Below, in pieces: positions 22,801-36,697 of a DNA stretch of 64,000 nucleotides. The DNA comes from Hypanus sabinus (lineage: Eukaryota): the NCBI RefSeq assembly GCF_030144855.1, contig NC_082714.1, forward strand, positions 94,488,001-94,552,000. Reading direction: 5' to 3'. The notes below the pieces were generated by a model. The model did no database searches. It was given only the letters and a program-made list of their open reading frames with translations, and was not told where the DNA came from. A program made the position numbers and the translations under genes. Each line of letters begins with the position of its first letter. Within the stretch, counting starts at the first letter, position 1.

Positions 22801-25800
22801 TAATCAGTCCACGTCTATGAAATATAAAACATGAGACGATAGGATATATAAGGCCACATGTATAGAGCATTGGCTGGTTGGTACGAGTCAACGAGTGGGA
22901 ATTAAATGATCCTTGACTGGTTGGCTGCTAGTGATTAGTTGTGTTGCCCAGGGGTTGGTGTTCCGAACGCTTATTTTTATGCTGTATATCAATGACCTAG
23001 ATGATGGAACAGTTGGCTGTGTTACCAAGTTTGCAGCATATACGAAGAATGGAGGAGGGGAAGGGAGTGTTGAGGCAGCAGGTAGGCTGCAGAAGGACTT
23101 AGACAGATCAAGAGACTGGAAGATCAAGGAAGTGGCAAATGATATACAATGTTCGAAAAGGGAGAAAGTTCAGAAATAGGAGATCTAAAAAGACTCTGGA
23201 GTTCTTGTGCAGAACACCCTAAATGTTAGGTTTCAGCCTAAGTCGGTGGTGAGGAAGGCAAATGTAATATTAGCATTCATTTCAAAAGGGTTTGAGTACA
23301 TTAGCAGGAATGTGATACTGAGGCGTTATAAGGCACTGGTGAGGCCGCACGCTAAGTATTGTGATCAGCTTTGGGCTCCATTTGAGGAAAGATGTGCTGC
23401 CATTACAAACACCTCTGTAACCTCTGCTGGACTCTCTGTCGCCGCTCTACCTCTACTTCCAGCTTACCGATCTTATTCGACTCCCAATGTCTGAAGTATT
23501 GGCTTTTCATCTCTTCCCATAGGGGCAGAGTGATGAGCAGCTTTCCCGCAGCAGTTTTTATCTGGGGCGCATTAGAATTCCCATACTGTTATACACATAC
23601 ACCTTCAAATAAAGAGACACTACTGTTATCATTCCTGATTACTGCTGCACTTGACCTTCACATTTTGTTCACATTATCAGACCATGCAGTCCTTGAGCAC
23701 AGAAGCGGGCCATGCAGCCCATCGAATCCGTTCCGAGTTATTATTCCAAATCTGCACACCCAAAATTCTGGAGGAACTCAGCAAGTCAGAAAAGAGTAAA
23801 CAGTTGACATTTCGATTTCCAGTATCTGCAGACGTTCTACAGTTTGTCATTTATTTTTCTTCCACGTCCCCATCCGTCTTCGCCGAGATAACAACCCTTC
23901 CTTCCACTTCAATCGTGTTATGCAAACCTCTGTGACATGTTGAAATCAAACTCGCATTCGAAGAGGCAGGGATAGCTGGGGTCCATGTGAGTGCCTATAA
24001 CCACGCCTTTAGTCTGAAGAAAGTGGGAAGAGCCAAAAGAGAAGCTATTAAGTGTGAGTGCCAGTTCTGCCAACAGGAGGAATGTGGTGGTAATGGGAAA
24101 CTGTTAAGGTCTATTGTGGAGAAAGTAGCGGAGGCCTTCTTGATGGGGACTGGAAGTGTATAAGCATTGGACATCCGTAGTGATAATGAAGAGGTCGGGA
24201 CCGGGGAACTGGAAATTATTTGAAGAGGTGCAGGGCATGGGATGTATCCCGGAAGTAGATGAGGAGAGACTGAACAATGGGTGACAAAATGGAGTCTAGT
24301 TAGGCAGGTACAAGTTCAGTGGGGCAGGAGCAGGCCGAAACTTCCGCCTTAAATGCACCTAATGTCATGGACTCCGCAGCCACCTGAGGGAACGAATTTC
24401 CAAAATTCAGTACCCGCATGGAAAATAAAGACCACCTCATCTCAGTTCTAAATGGACGTTCCTCTATTCTGAGGCTGTGGTATCTGTCCTAGACATCCTG
24501 ACCACCGGAAATACCAATTCTGTTTCGTCATTCCAACATTCAATAGCTTTCACTGAGATCGTCCTACTTACTCATAAATTCTAGCGAGCATATGCGCAGA
24601 GCGATTAACCACTGCTATAGAATGTTAACGTGAGCGCTGGCAACGACTGAACCCAGGTGTGGAGGAACGGCAGACTCAGCTGTAGAGACGCAAAACAATG
24701 GATTAGAGATAAGCATCTCAGAACGGCATCGGAGCATTACTCAGAGACACTCCAAGAGCATTCATTCTCAACACAACGATGCCTCAACGAGTGTTAAATA
24801 GGAGTCTGTATTAAATAATCATAGAAAGCGGAAAATGCGTGAGAGTCAGAATTAACGACGGATTTTTTGGTGTTCATCTGGCGAAGGGTCTCATCTGGTT
24901 CCTCAAAACCAGTTCCATAGCCACGAAAGCCCAGCAGCATCTCTACATTCTGTGAAGGCTGGGAAAAGTCCATCTTCCACCTCCCATCCTCACCACATTC
25001 TGTCGAGGGCATCCTGAGCAGCTGCATCACTGTTTCAGGAACTCCACCGTCTCGGATCGCAAGACTCTGCAGCGGATAGTGAGGTCAGCCGCGATGATCA
25101 TTGGGGTCTCTCTTCCCTCAAAGCTAACAGCATTGTGAAGCAGCACACGTACCCCTCATACAAACTCTTCTCCCTCCTGCCATGTGGAAGAAGGTACCGA
25201 AGCATTCGGGCTCTCACGACAAGGCTGTGTAACAGTTTCTTTCCCAGGCCATCAGACTCCTCAATTCCCAAAGTCTAGATTGATATCTACATCATTTATT
25301 ATTACTTTTAAATTTGTCCTCTACTTCGCGTGTTATCTTGTTAATCAAACAATTAATTAATTTATTTATTATTGTACTGTTCTGCACTGTTTCCTGCACT
25401 TTATGTAGCCTTGTGGAAGTCATAAATCTGGTGCAGTTTTCTGTTATTTCATGTAGCAACATGGTCCTTGAGGGGCGTTGTTTCGTTTTACTGTGTACTG
25501 TACCAGCAGTTTATGGTCGAAATTAAAATAAAAAGCGACTTGACTTGATTTGACTTGACTTCAAGATTAAACAGAATCACAAATGTATACCGATTCTTCC
25601 TGAGGCAACAGTGAGTCAATACAAGTGCTCGAGAAAACCAAAGTTCCACGTCGCAGTGTTTATCAACGCTCATGGCATATGATAAGATTTTCATTACCGG
25701 AATCACTGTCGTGGATTTCATGAGCACCCTTTCCAAAGTCAGCACTTGCTTTCTTAGATGTGTGCTCCAATACTACAGATTAGGCCTTACCAGTGCCTTA

Positions 25801-28472
25801 TAGAGCCTCGGCATTGCATCTTTGCATTTAGAGTCTTAGAGCCACAGTCATAGAAAATTACAGTACAGAAACCGGCCCCATGCACGTCTAGTACATGCCG
25901 AACCTTTTAATCTGCTTATCCTCATCGAACTACACAGGGACTATGCCGTTTCATACTCCTACCATCCATGCACTTCCCCATAATGCTGCTCATTATTGAG
26001 ATCGAGATGGCATACAGGACTTGCACACCCTCACAACCGTCTGAGTAAAGACAATTCTCCTCATGTTTCCCTTGAACTTCTGACATTTGATACTTAACCC
26101 ATGAACTCAGGTTGTAGTCTCACATCAGTGGAAACAGTGTCCTAGCATTTATCCAATATATAACTTCTATAATGGTGCATAGCTCTGTCAAATATCTTTT
26201 CAATCTTCTACTTTCCAAAAAAAAAGGTCCTAAGCTATTCAGTCTCTGCGGATAGCTCAGGTGTTCCGAATGTTCCGTAGCTCAAGTGGTCCAATTTAAT
26301 GTCAGAAAAATGTATGCAAAATACATCCTGAGTTGCTTTTCTGGTAAACATCCAAGAAAAACAGAGCAATGCCCCAAAGAATGAACGACAGCTAAATGTT
26401 AGAACCCCAAAGACCTCCAACCCTCAGCTCCCCTCATAAGTATCAGCAATCAACAATACAACATCCCCGCACATCACATAGTAATATTCTTGTAAATATT
26501 CTCCGTACTCTTTCAACTTCACTTACTTTTTTTTTCCAGTAAGTAGATGACCAAAAATGCACAGAATATTCCAAGTTAGGTCTCACCAACTTTCTATAAC
26601 TTCAAAATAATATTCCATCCTCTGCACAAAGTCATTTCATTTATGAAGGCGGAAGTTCCAACATCTTAATTTACGATCCTCTCTACATGTGACACCGCTT
26701 TTCATGAAATATGGGCTTGTATTCCGAGATCCCTCTGTTCTACCTCACTTCTTAGGCCTGCTTGCTTACTGTGTAACACCTACGCTGGGTGGTCCTACCG
26801 AAATGCAACACCTCGGAACTATCTACATTAACTTCCGTCTGTCATGTTTTCATCCGATGTTACCAGCTGGTCCAAATTCCCTTGGAAGCCACGATAGCTT
26901 TTTAAGCTGTCTACTATAGAGGCAACCCTGGTGTCATCAGCAATTTTGCTGATACAGTTCACCACGTCATCATCTAGATCGTTGATGTAGATGACAAACA
27001 ACAACAGACCCAGCAGCGATCCCTGCGACACTACTAATCACAGGCCTCCAGTCAAAGAGACAACCATCTCCTATCACTCTATAGCTTCTCCCACAGAGGC
27101 AATGTCGAATAAAACTGTGTCCTCCTCATGACTGTCGAGCGGCTGAAATTTCTTTACCAACCTCCCGTGTGGAACCGTGTCAAATACATTGCTAAAGTCC
27201 ATGCAGACAACTACAGTTCATTTTCGTCATCCGCTTTCCTGGCAACTTCCTCGAAAAATTCAAAAGAGTTGTTAGACTGGACCAAACATTTAGGAAGCTA
27301 TGCTGACGTTCCGTAATCAGTCCACGTCTATGAAATATAAAACATGAGACGATAGGATATATAAGGCCACATGTATAGAGCATTGGCTGGTTGGTACGAG
27401 TCAACGAGTGGGAATTAAATGATCCTTGACTGGTTGGCTGCTAGTGATTAGTTGTGTTGCCCAGGGGTTGGTGTTCCGAACGCTTATTTTTATGCTGTAT
27501 ATCAATGACCTAGATGATGGAACAGTTGGCTGTGTTACCAAGTTTGCAGCATATACGAAGAATAGAGGAGGGGAAGGGAGTGTTGAGGCAGCAGGTAGGC
27601 TGCAGCAGGACTTAGACAGATCAAGAGACTGGAAGATCAAGGAAGTGGCAAATGATATACAATGTTCGAAAAGGGAGAAAGTTCAGAAATAGGAGATCTA
27701 AAAAGACTCTGGAGTTCTTGTGCAGAACACCCTAAATGTTAGGTTTCAGCCTAAGTCGGTGGTGAGGAAGGCAAATGTAATATTAGCATTCATTTCAAGA
27801 GGGTTTGAGTACATTCGCAGGAACGTGATACTGAGGCGTTATAAGGCACTGGTGAGGCCTCACCCTAAGTATTGTGATCAGCTATGGGCTTCATTTGAGG
27901 AAAGATGTGCTGCCATTCCAAACACCTCTGTAACCTCTGCTGGACTCTCTATCTCCGCTCTACCTCTACTTCCAGCTTACTGATCTTCTTCGTCTCCCAA
28001 TGTCTGAAGTATTGGCTTTTCATTTCCTCCCATCGGAGCAGAGTGATGAGCTGCTTTCCTGCAGCACTTTATGTCTGGGGTGCATTAGAATTCCCACACT
28101 GTTATACACATACACCTTCCTATAAAGAGCAACTACTGTTAACTTTCCTGATTACTGCTGCACTTGACCTTCACGTTTTGTTCACATTATCAGTCCATGC
28201 AGTCCTTGAGCACAGAAGCGGGCCATGCAGCCCACCGAATCCGTTCCGAGTTACTATTCCAAATCAGCACACCCAAAATTCTGGAGGAACTCAGCAAGTC
28301 AAAAAAGAGCAAACAGTTGATATTTCGACTTCCAATATCTGCGGACGTTCTACAATTTGTAAATTATTTTTCTTTCACGTCCCCATCCGACTTCGCCTAT
28401 ATAACAGCCCTTCATTCCACTTCAATCGTGTTATGTAAACGTCTGTTACATGTTGAAATCTAACCCGCATTC
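19472..28472 (+). repeat. Direct tandem duplication of a ~4.5 kb TE mosaic (19472-23958 and 23959-28472)
   Basis: Both units start CGAAGAGGCAGG and end ...GTTGAAATC(A/T)AAC(T/C)CGCATT. They are colinear and roughly 90% identical by eye. Confidence 0.93.
20360..21060 (+). mobile_element. Rex1/Babar-type LINE 3' fragment (duplicate at ~24860-25560)
   Basis: KKAQQHLYF...CTISDRKTLQRIVRSAEMIIGVSLP and a (GACTT)n tail. Confidence 0.8.
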
Positions 28473-28514
28473 ACCACTTCCATTGCCAGCTCGTTCCAAA
28501 CTCTCAACATCCTC

Positions 28515-31500
28515 TAACGGCTTATGTTCCTGGACAACTGGGCCTTGTTCCAGGGAAGGTGTGACGTGTTCGGACGGGACGGGTTGCAACTGAAATGGAA
28601 GAGGACTATCATCCTTGCGGGAAGGTTTGCTAGTTCTACTCCAGGGGGTTTAAACAAGATTTGCGGGGGAGCGGAGACCATAGTGTCAGACCAGATAGTG
28701 AGGCGGAGGAGGATAAAGGTCATGAGAGAGCTGCAAGTATAGTGCATGGAGGAAAGCCAGATCTAACATATAAAGAAGCTTTGAAGAAAGAGAAACAGGA
28801 TAAATGGTGTAAAGTAGTAAGACAGAAGAGCTACAGTGCGTGTACTTCAATTCAAGAAGCATCAGGAACAAAGGTCATGAACTTAGAGCTTGTATACGTA
28901 CATAGGGATATGATGTAGTGGCAATTACAGAGAATTGGCTGACACCAGAGCAGGAATGGATTCTGAATATTCCTGGATTTCAATGCTTTCAAACGGATGG
29001 GGGGGGTGGAAGGGGAAGGAAGGGTGGCATTACTGGTCAGGAATGCTATTACAGCTGCAGAAAGGGTGGGTAGCGTAGCAGGATCCTCTTTTAAGTTAGT
29101 ATGGGTAGAATTCAGAAACAGGAAGGGAGCAGTTACTTAGTGGGAGTATTCTAAACGCCCTTGGTAGCAGCAGAGATACCGAAGAGCATATTGGGAGGCA
29201 GATTTTGGAAAGATGCAAAAATAACAGGGTTGTTATCATGGGTGACTTTAACTTCCCTAATATTGATCGGCACCTGATTAGTTCTAATGGTTTAGACGGC
29301 AGAGTAGGTTAAGTGTGTTCAGGACGGGTTCCTGTCACATTATGTTGACAGGCCGTCTCGGGGGATTGTCATACTAGATCTAGTATTAGGTAACGAACCG
29401 GATCAGGTCACAGATCTCTCAATGGGTGGGCATCTGGGGTACAGTGATCACCGCTCCCTGTCATTTAACATTATCAGGTAAAAGGATAGAATCAGAGGGG
29501 ACAGGAAAACTTTCAATTGCGGAAGGGCAAATTATCAGGCTATAAGGCTAGAACTTGCGGGTGTGAATTGAGCTGATGTTTTTGCAGGGAAATTTACTAT
29601 GGACATGTGGTCGATGTTTAGAGATCTCTTGCAGGATGTTAGGGATAAATTTGTACCGGTGAGGAAGATAAAGAATGGTAGGGTGGAGGTACCATGGTTG
29701 AAAAGTGAGGTGGAGAATCTAGTCAGATGGAAGAAGGCAGCATATGTGAGGTTAAGGAAGCAAGGATTAGATGAGTCTCTTGAGGAATATATGGTAGCAA
29801 GAAAGGGGCTTAAGAAGGGGCAGAGAAGAGCAAGAAAGGGAGCATGAGAAGGCCTTGCCGAATAGGGTAAAGGAAAACCCCAAGGCATTCTTCAATTATG
29901 TGAAGAACAAAGGGTTGACAGGAGTGAAGATAGGACCGATTAGAGATAAAGTTGGGACGATGTGCTGGCAGGCTCTGGAAGAGAGCGTGGTCCTCAATGA
30001 TTACTTCTCTTCAGTATTCACCAGTGAGAGGGAATTTGATGATGGTGAGGACAATGTGAGTGAGCTTGATGTTCTGCAGAATGTTGAGATTAAGGGAGAA
30101 GAGTTGTTGGAATTGTTAAAAGGCATAAAGACGGGTAAGACCCCGGGGCCTGACGAAATATATCCCAAGGCTGCTTCACGAGGCGAGGGAAGAGATTGCT
30201 AAGCCACTGGCTACGAGCTTTATGTCTTCGTTATGCACGGGAATGGTACCGGAGGGTTGATGGGAGGAGAATGCTGTCCCGTTGTTCAAAAAATAAGTAG
30301 GGATAGTCCGGGCAATTATAGACCAGTGAGCCTTACTTCCGTGGTGGGATGGTTGTTGGAAAAAGTTCTTCGCGATAGAATCTATAGGCATTTAGAGATT
30401 CATGGTCTGGTCCGGGACAGCTTGGCTTTGTGAAGGGCAGATCGTGTCTAACAAGCCTGATAGAGCTTTCTGAGGTGTTTACCGGGCATATAGATGAGTG
30501 TAGTGCGGTGTATGTGATCTACATGCATTTTAGTAAGGCATTTCGGTAGTCTCATTCAGAAAATCAGAAGGCATGGGATCACGGGAAGTTTAACCAGTTG
30601 GATTCAGAATTGCCTTGTCTGCAGAAAGCAGAGGGTCGTAGTGGAGAGTTTACATTCGGACTGGAGGGTTGTGACTACTGGTGACCCACAAGGATCGGTT
30701 CTGGGACCTCTACTTCTTCGTGATTTTTATCAACAACCTGGATGTGGCGGTAGAAGTGTGGGTTGGCAAGATGCAGACAGGACAAAAGTTGGTGACCTTG
30801 TGGATAGTGTTGAGGATTGTCGAGGATTGCAGGGAGACATTCATATGATGTAGAAGTAGGTTGAGAAGTGGCAGATGGAGTTCAAGCCAGCGAAGTGTGA
30901 GGTGGTACACTTTGGAAGGACAAACTCCAAGGCAGAGTACAAAGTAAATGGTTGGATACTTAGGAGCATGGAGGAGCCAAGGGATCTCTGGGTACATGTC
31001 AACAGAATCCCTGAAAGTTAAGTCACAGGTATATAGGATAGTTAAGAAAGCATATGGAGTGTTAGCTTTCATAAACCGAGTGATAGAGTTGAAGAGTCGA
31101 GGGATAATGGTACAGCTCTATGAAACTGGTTAGGCCACACTTGGAGTACTGTATCCAGTTATGTTCGCCTCACTATAGGAAGGATGTGCAAGCATTAGGA
31201 AGGTACAGAGGAGATTTATCAGGAAGCTGCCTGGTTTAGAGCGTATGCATTATGATCAGAGATTAAGAGAGGTAGGGCTTTACTCTCTGGAGAGAAGAAG
31301 GATGAGAGGAGACATGATAGAGGTATACCAGATATCAGCAGGAATAGATACAATGGACAGCCAGCGCCTCTTCACCAGGGCACCACTTCTCATAGAAGAA
31401 TGCATGGCTTTATGGTAAGGGATGGAAAGTTCAAAGGGGATAATATAAGAAGGTTTTTTACTCAGAGAGTAGTTGGTGCGTGGAATTCACTGCCTGAGTC

Positions 31501-31560
31501 AGTGGTGGAGGCAGATACAGTAATGAAATTTAATAGACTACTAGATAGGTACCAACTAAA
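28515..31560 (+). mobile_element. CR1 LINE, ~3 kb, ORF1 esterase C-terminus + ORF2 endonuclease/RT, degenerate
   Basis: FLDNWALFQGR...DGLQL...ILAGRFA (ORF1 end), NPKAFFNYVKNK, PGNYRPVSLTSVVG, PQGSVLGPLL. Many stops and frameshifts. Confidence 0.9.
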
Positions 31561-31589
31561 GAAGCGACAGTGTTGGATCTCCTTTAAGG

Positions 31590-33870
31590 GAATAAGATAG
31601 GTTAAGTGGCGGAGGTATGTGTTGGGGAGCACTTCGGGTAGAGGGACCACAATACCATTAGATTCAGTATAATTATGGAGAAGGGTAGGGCTGGACCCAG
31701 GGTTGAGATTTTTAATTGGAGAAAGAAAGGCTCACTTTGAGGAGATGAGAAAAGATTTAGAAGGAGTGGATTGGAACAATTTGTTTTATGGGAAGGATGA
31801 AATAGAGAAATGGAGGTCATTTAAAGGTAAAATTTTGAGTGTACAGAATCTTTATGTTCCTGTTGGTTTGAAAATAAAGGTTAAAAGTTTGAGAGAACCA
31901 TGGTTTTCAATGGATATTGGAAAATTAGTTCGGAAAGAGAGAGGGGAGAGGGAGAGAGATATACAATAAATATAGGCAGCATGGAGCAAGTGAGGTGCTC
32001 GTGGAATATAAAGAATGTAAAAAGAATCTTAAGAAAGAAATTAGATAAACTAAAAGAAGATATGGGGTTGCTTTGGCATGTAAGGTGAAGGTTACATTAA
32101 AGGCAACAGGATGGTGAGGGATAAAATTGGTCCCGTAGAGAATCAAAAGTGAACAACTATGTGTGGAGCCAAAAGAGATGTGGGAGAATTTGAACAATTT
32201 ATTTTCTTCTGTATTCACTGAGGAGAAGGACATTGAATTGTGTAAGGTAAGGGAAACAGGTAGGGTAGTTATGAAAACTATGATGATTAAAGAAGAGTAA
32301 GTGCAAGATCTTTTAAAGAATATAAAAGTGGATAAGTCTTCGTGTCCTGACATGATATTCCCTGAGACCTTGAGGGAAGTTAGTGTAGAAAAAGCAAGGG
32401 CCCTGACAGAAATATTTCAAAAGTCTTTAGAAAAGGGGATGGTGCCGGAGGATTGGAGTATTGGTCATGTGGTTCCATTGTCTAAAGAAGGGTTCTAAGT
32501 GTAAAGCTAACAATTAACGGCCTTTAGGTTTGACGTCAGTGGTGGGTAAATTAATTGAAACTATTCTTAGAGATGGTATATATAATTATCTGGATAGACA
32601 GGGTCTGATTAGGAACAGTCAACATGGATTTGTGTATGGATGGTCATGTTTGACAAATCTTGTTGACTTTTTTAAGAGGTTACTAGGAAAGTTAAAGAGG
32701 GTAAAGCAGTGGATGTTTTCTCTGTGGACTTCAGTAAGGCTTTGGACAAGGTTCCACACGGAAGGTTATTTAGAAAAGTTCCATCGTTAGGTATTAATAT
32801 TGAAGTAGAGAAATGGATTCAACAGTGGCTGGATGGGAGATGCCAGAGAGTAGTTGTGGATACCTGTTTGTCAGTGACTAGTGTTGGGCCTCATGGATAT
32901 GTACTGTGTCCAATGTTGTCTGTTATATACATTAATGATCTGGATAATGGGGTGGTAAATTAGATTAGTAAGTATGCAAATGATACTAAGATAGTTGGCG
33001 TCGTGGATAATGAAGAAGGTTTTCGAAGCTTGCAGCGAAATTTAGGCCAGTTAGAAGAGTGGGCTGAAAGATGGCAGACGGAGCTTAATGTTTATAAGTG
33101 TGAGTTGCTATATTTTGGTAGGAATAATCAAAATAGGATGTACATAGTAAATGGTAGGGCATTGAGGAATGCACTAGAACAGAGTGATCTAGGAATTATG
33201 CTGCATAGTTCCCTGAAGGTGGAATCTCATGTGGATAGGGTTGTGAAAAAGCTTTCCGTATGCTGCTCTTTATAAATCAGAGCCTGAGTTGGGATGTAAT
33301 GTTAAAATTGTACAAGGCATTGGTGAAACCAAATTTGGAGTTCTGTGTACAGTTCTTGTCACCAAATTGTAGGAAAGATGTAAAAAGTTAGAGAGAGTAC
33401 TGAGGAGATTTATTAGAATGTTACCTACGTTTCAGCACCTAAGTTAAAGGGAAAGGTTGAACAAGTTAGGTCTTTATTCTTCGGTGCGTAGAAGGTTGAG
33501 GGGGGACTTGATAGAGGTATTTAAATTATGAGTGGGATAGAGAGAGTTGACGTGAATAGAATTTTTCCATTGAGAGTAGGAGAGATTCAAAGAAGAGGAT
33601 ATGAGTTGAGAGTTAAGGGGCAAAAGTTTAGGGTTAACATGAAGGGATACTTCTTTACTCAGATAGTGGTAGCTGTGTGGAACGAACAACCAGTAGAAGT
33701 GGTAGAGGCAGGTTCGATTTTGTGATGATAAAAAAGTTGGATAGGTATATGGACAGGAAAGGAATGGAGAGTTATAGGCTGAGTGCAGGTCAGTGTGACT
33801 AGGTAATAGTAAGCGTTCGGCAAGGACTAGAATGGCCGAGATGGCCTGTTCTCCTGCTACAATTTTTATA
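31590..33870 (+). mobile_element. CR1 LINE (second subfamily), degenerate ORF2 and tail
   Basis: [36 protein letters not shown]. Similar to the copy at 49780-51420. Confidence 0.88.
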
Positions 33871-36480
33871 TGGTTACAAGGTATAAGGAGTAATTTAAAT
33901 TTGGGGAGTTGTATGGAAGGCAGGGTGGGCCGAAAAGCCTGTACTGTGCTGTGTTGTTCTATGTCTATGTTCTAAGTGAAGCCGTTCGCCCTCAGGTATC
34001 CCTTAAAATTTTATCTTTCAGCATTAAACTATAACGTAACTTACTGTCACCGAACTTCAGGGGAAAAGCCCTGCATGCGTTGATTGATTCTATATTCCTC
34101 ATCATTTTGAATATATTAAATTCTCCTGATTCCATTCCAATCCAGGTTCCAAATAGGTTCTAACCAATTTCAGTTCAATAATATTTTGCTTTTCATTCCT
34201 CACACTCTCCAACGGTACACTGGATCCTCAGACGTTCGTCTATACCACTGCCCCTTTGCAGGCATGTTTAGTACTCCTGAAAACTTGCGAACTTACTTAT
34301 CTGAGGTTCGGACCAGATACTGCGCGTCTCGTTAATCATTTAGAAAGTGCTAAGTCGGCAGTCCCTGGTTAAGCTCTCTAGGTTCCATTAGCCAATTCTA
34401 ATGCCATCCTCTCGAAAAGGCCGGGGAGTTGGTTGGTGTGGCATCACAGAGAACACAAAGTTACACCGGTCGAAAATTTCCCCAGGATCCCTCGCACTGG
34501 AAATCTTCGAACCCTTGTTACGAGCCAACGGTCGTTTGTATAGACTGCTTCTTTAAGAGCGCCTGAGTGTGCCGGAACTATGACTTCAATCACAGACTGC
34601 TGGGGATGTAAACTCATATGGAGAGATAAAGAGGGTGAACAGTTACTCGCACAGTCTTCGCAGGACTTGGAACTACGAACTGCTGGGGCACGTTTGCTCC
34701 AGAATGAGCGATGTCTCAGGCTTTCCCATTACCCAAAAGGTTGGGTTAATCAACGTTACTGAGTACAACGAGCGCGTGACTGTCACTTCGTATGCACTAT
34801 AGGATGGATATTGGAATATTCTGTGGGGCCACGTGTAACTCTTGCCTGGGTATGTTGTGTGGTACAACTTGAAGACAAAGATCCTGTAAAAGTTCGTTTT
34901 TGGTGATAATTCGTATGTGGATTACGGATGGATTCCACGGACAGGACTTTCGGCGATAATTACTTTGTTTACCTGACGTGGAACCTGTGGAATACTTTGT
35001 ACTTACATTCTCTCTACGTTGCAACGTGGATTACTAAAATCTCTCTCCATCATTTATTCTGTCGGTTACTGAACCTTACTAAGTTGCCTTCCTCAGACTT
35101 TAACCACTGATCCGAAGCCTCATATTTACACATATACACGCATAACGATGTTAACTTTATTTTATTTCTTTAAGTTACTATATTATAAGTAGACACTAAT
35201 AAGGATAGTGTCTTGAAAAATTAAAACCTGACTCACAGTGTGAAATCCCTTGCTGCTGGCTCTTTTCTAAAAGGTTACAGTTTGTTATAAAATTGGGAGC
35301 TCGTCTGCGATTGGAACAAAATTGAAACTTATTAACTGATTCATTCATTATCGATGGCATTGGCTAATTCTCTTTTTACTTACTTGTGTGTGGAAATCAA
35401 CAGCAATAGATATTGAGGCATTCCTAGAATTGCCAACCCCTGAGGCACAAGAGAAAGGCAAAAAGGATGAATTGCAGGCCACTGCTAAGGAGCTGTGCCT
35501 TGTAAGATAAAGCGGGCTATGAGAAAGCCAGAGATTCAGAGAGAAATAGTTGAGCATTATATATCTACGAAGTTTGAATAGGAGCTGTTAAAGAAGTTTC
35601 CTGTTACGTCTAGAACAAATTAACCTCTAGAATTTAATTAACAAATTAAGTTTGATAGACTTAAATTAGAGGATAAAGATAAAGACAGGCTTTTTGATGC
35701 CAGGGAAGCAGACAAACAGAGGGAAGAAGGAGAAGAGGCAGTTTGAGTTGCAAAATATGAGGCCTCGGGTCAAGCTTCTGATCCTGCGGAACCAGTTGTG
35801 TCGTTTGTTGCAGTCCTGATGTTAAATTGGTCCGCCATCTGATGAGGCCGAGGGTGCTAAATACTTCCAGCATTTTGAGAAAATAACTCAGAGTGTAGGG
35901 TTGCCCAAAGAGAGTTGATCTCTTCTCTTACAGATTGTAATTAAAGGCAAGGCTCAGCAGGCTTATTCTGCCCTGTCAATTGCAGATGCAGCTAATTAAG
36001 ACATTGTGATATAGGCTGTGCGTAAAGCCTATGATTTGGTTTCAGAAGCCTATAGGCAAAGGTTTAGAAATATGAAGAAAATTGTGAGCAAGACTTATCT
36101 GGAATTTGCTTATGAAATGTCTGTATGTTTCGAGCGATGCTGTACATCTAAAAATGTGCATGATGATTTTAACAACTTCAAAGACCTGGTTCTAATTGAT
36201 GAATTTAAAAGGTTCGTCCTTTATGACATAAAGCCATATTTGAAAGAGAAGGACGCAGCCAGGTTGCAAGACTCTCCTAGATTTACAGATGAGTTTGCCT
36301 TCACCCACAAGGCTAAGTATACCCGAGTAAGACCTTCCAACAGTGTAGCATGGACAGTCAGGGTAAACCAGAAATTAAATCTAGGTGTATTGTAAAAGGT
36401 AAGGATGAAGAGAAGCAAATGAAGGAGAAATATTCTGGTCTTACCTGTCGCTATTGAAGGAAAGCTGGTCATGTCATGGC

Positions 36481-36697
36481 NNNNNNNNNNNNNNNNNNNN
36501 NNNNNNNNNNNNNNNNNNNNNNNNNNNNNNNNNNNNNNNNNNNNNNNNNNNNNNNNNNNNNNNNNNNNNNNNNNNNNNNNNNNNNNNNNNNNNNNNNNNN
36601 NNNNNNNNNNNNNNNNNNNNNNNNNNNNNNNNNNNNNNNNNNNNNNNNNNNNNNNNNNNNNNNNNNNNNNNNNNNNNNNNNNNNNNNNNNNNNNNNN
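36481..36697. other. Assembly gap (N-run)
   Basis: Seen directly; inside the Gypsy gag/protease junction. Confidence 1.

Noticed and set aside
36018-36395. Possible host SCAN-domain (ZSCAN-like) gene
   Set aside because: It sits within the Gypsy gag between LTRs, with stops and frameshifts and no C2H2 exon.
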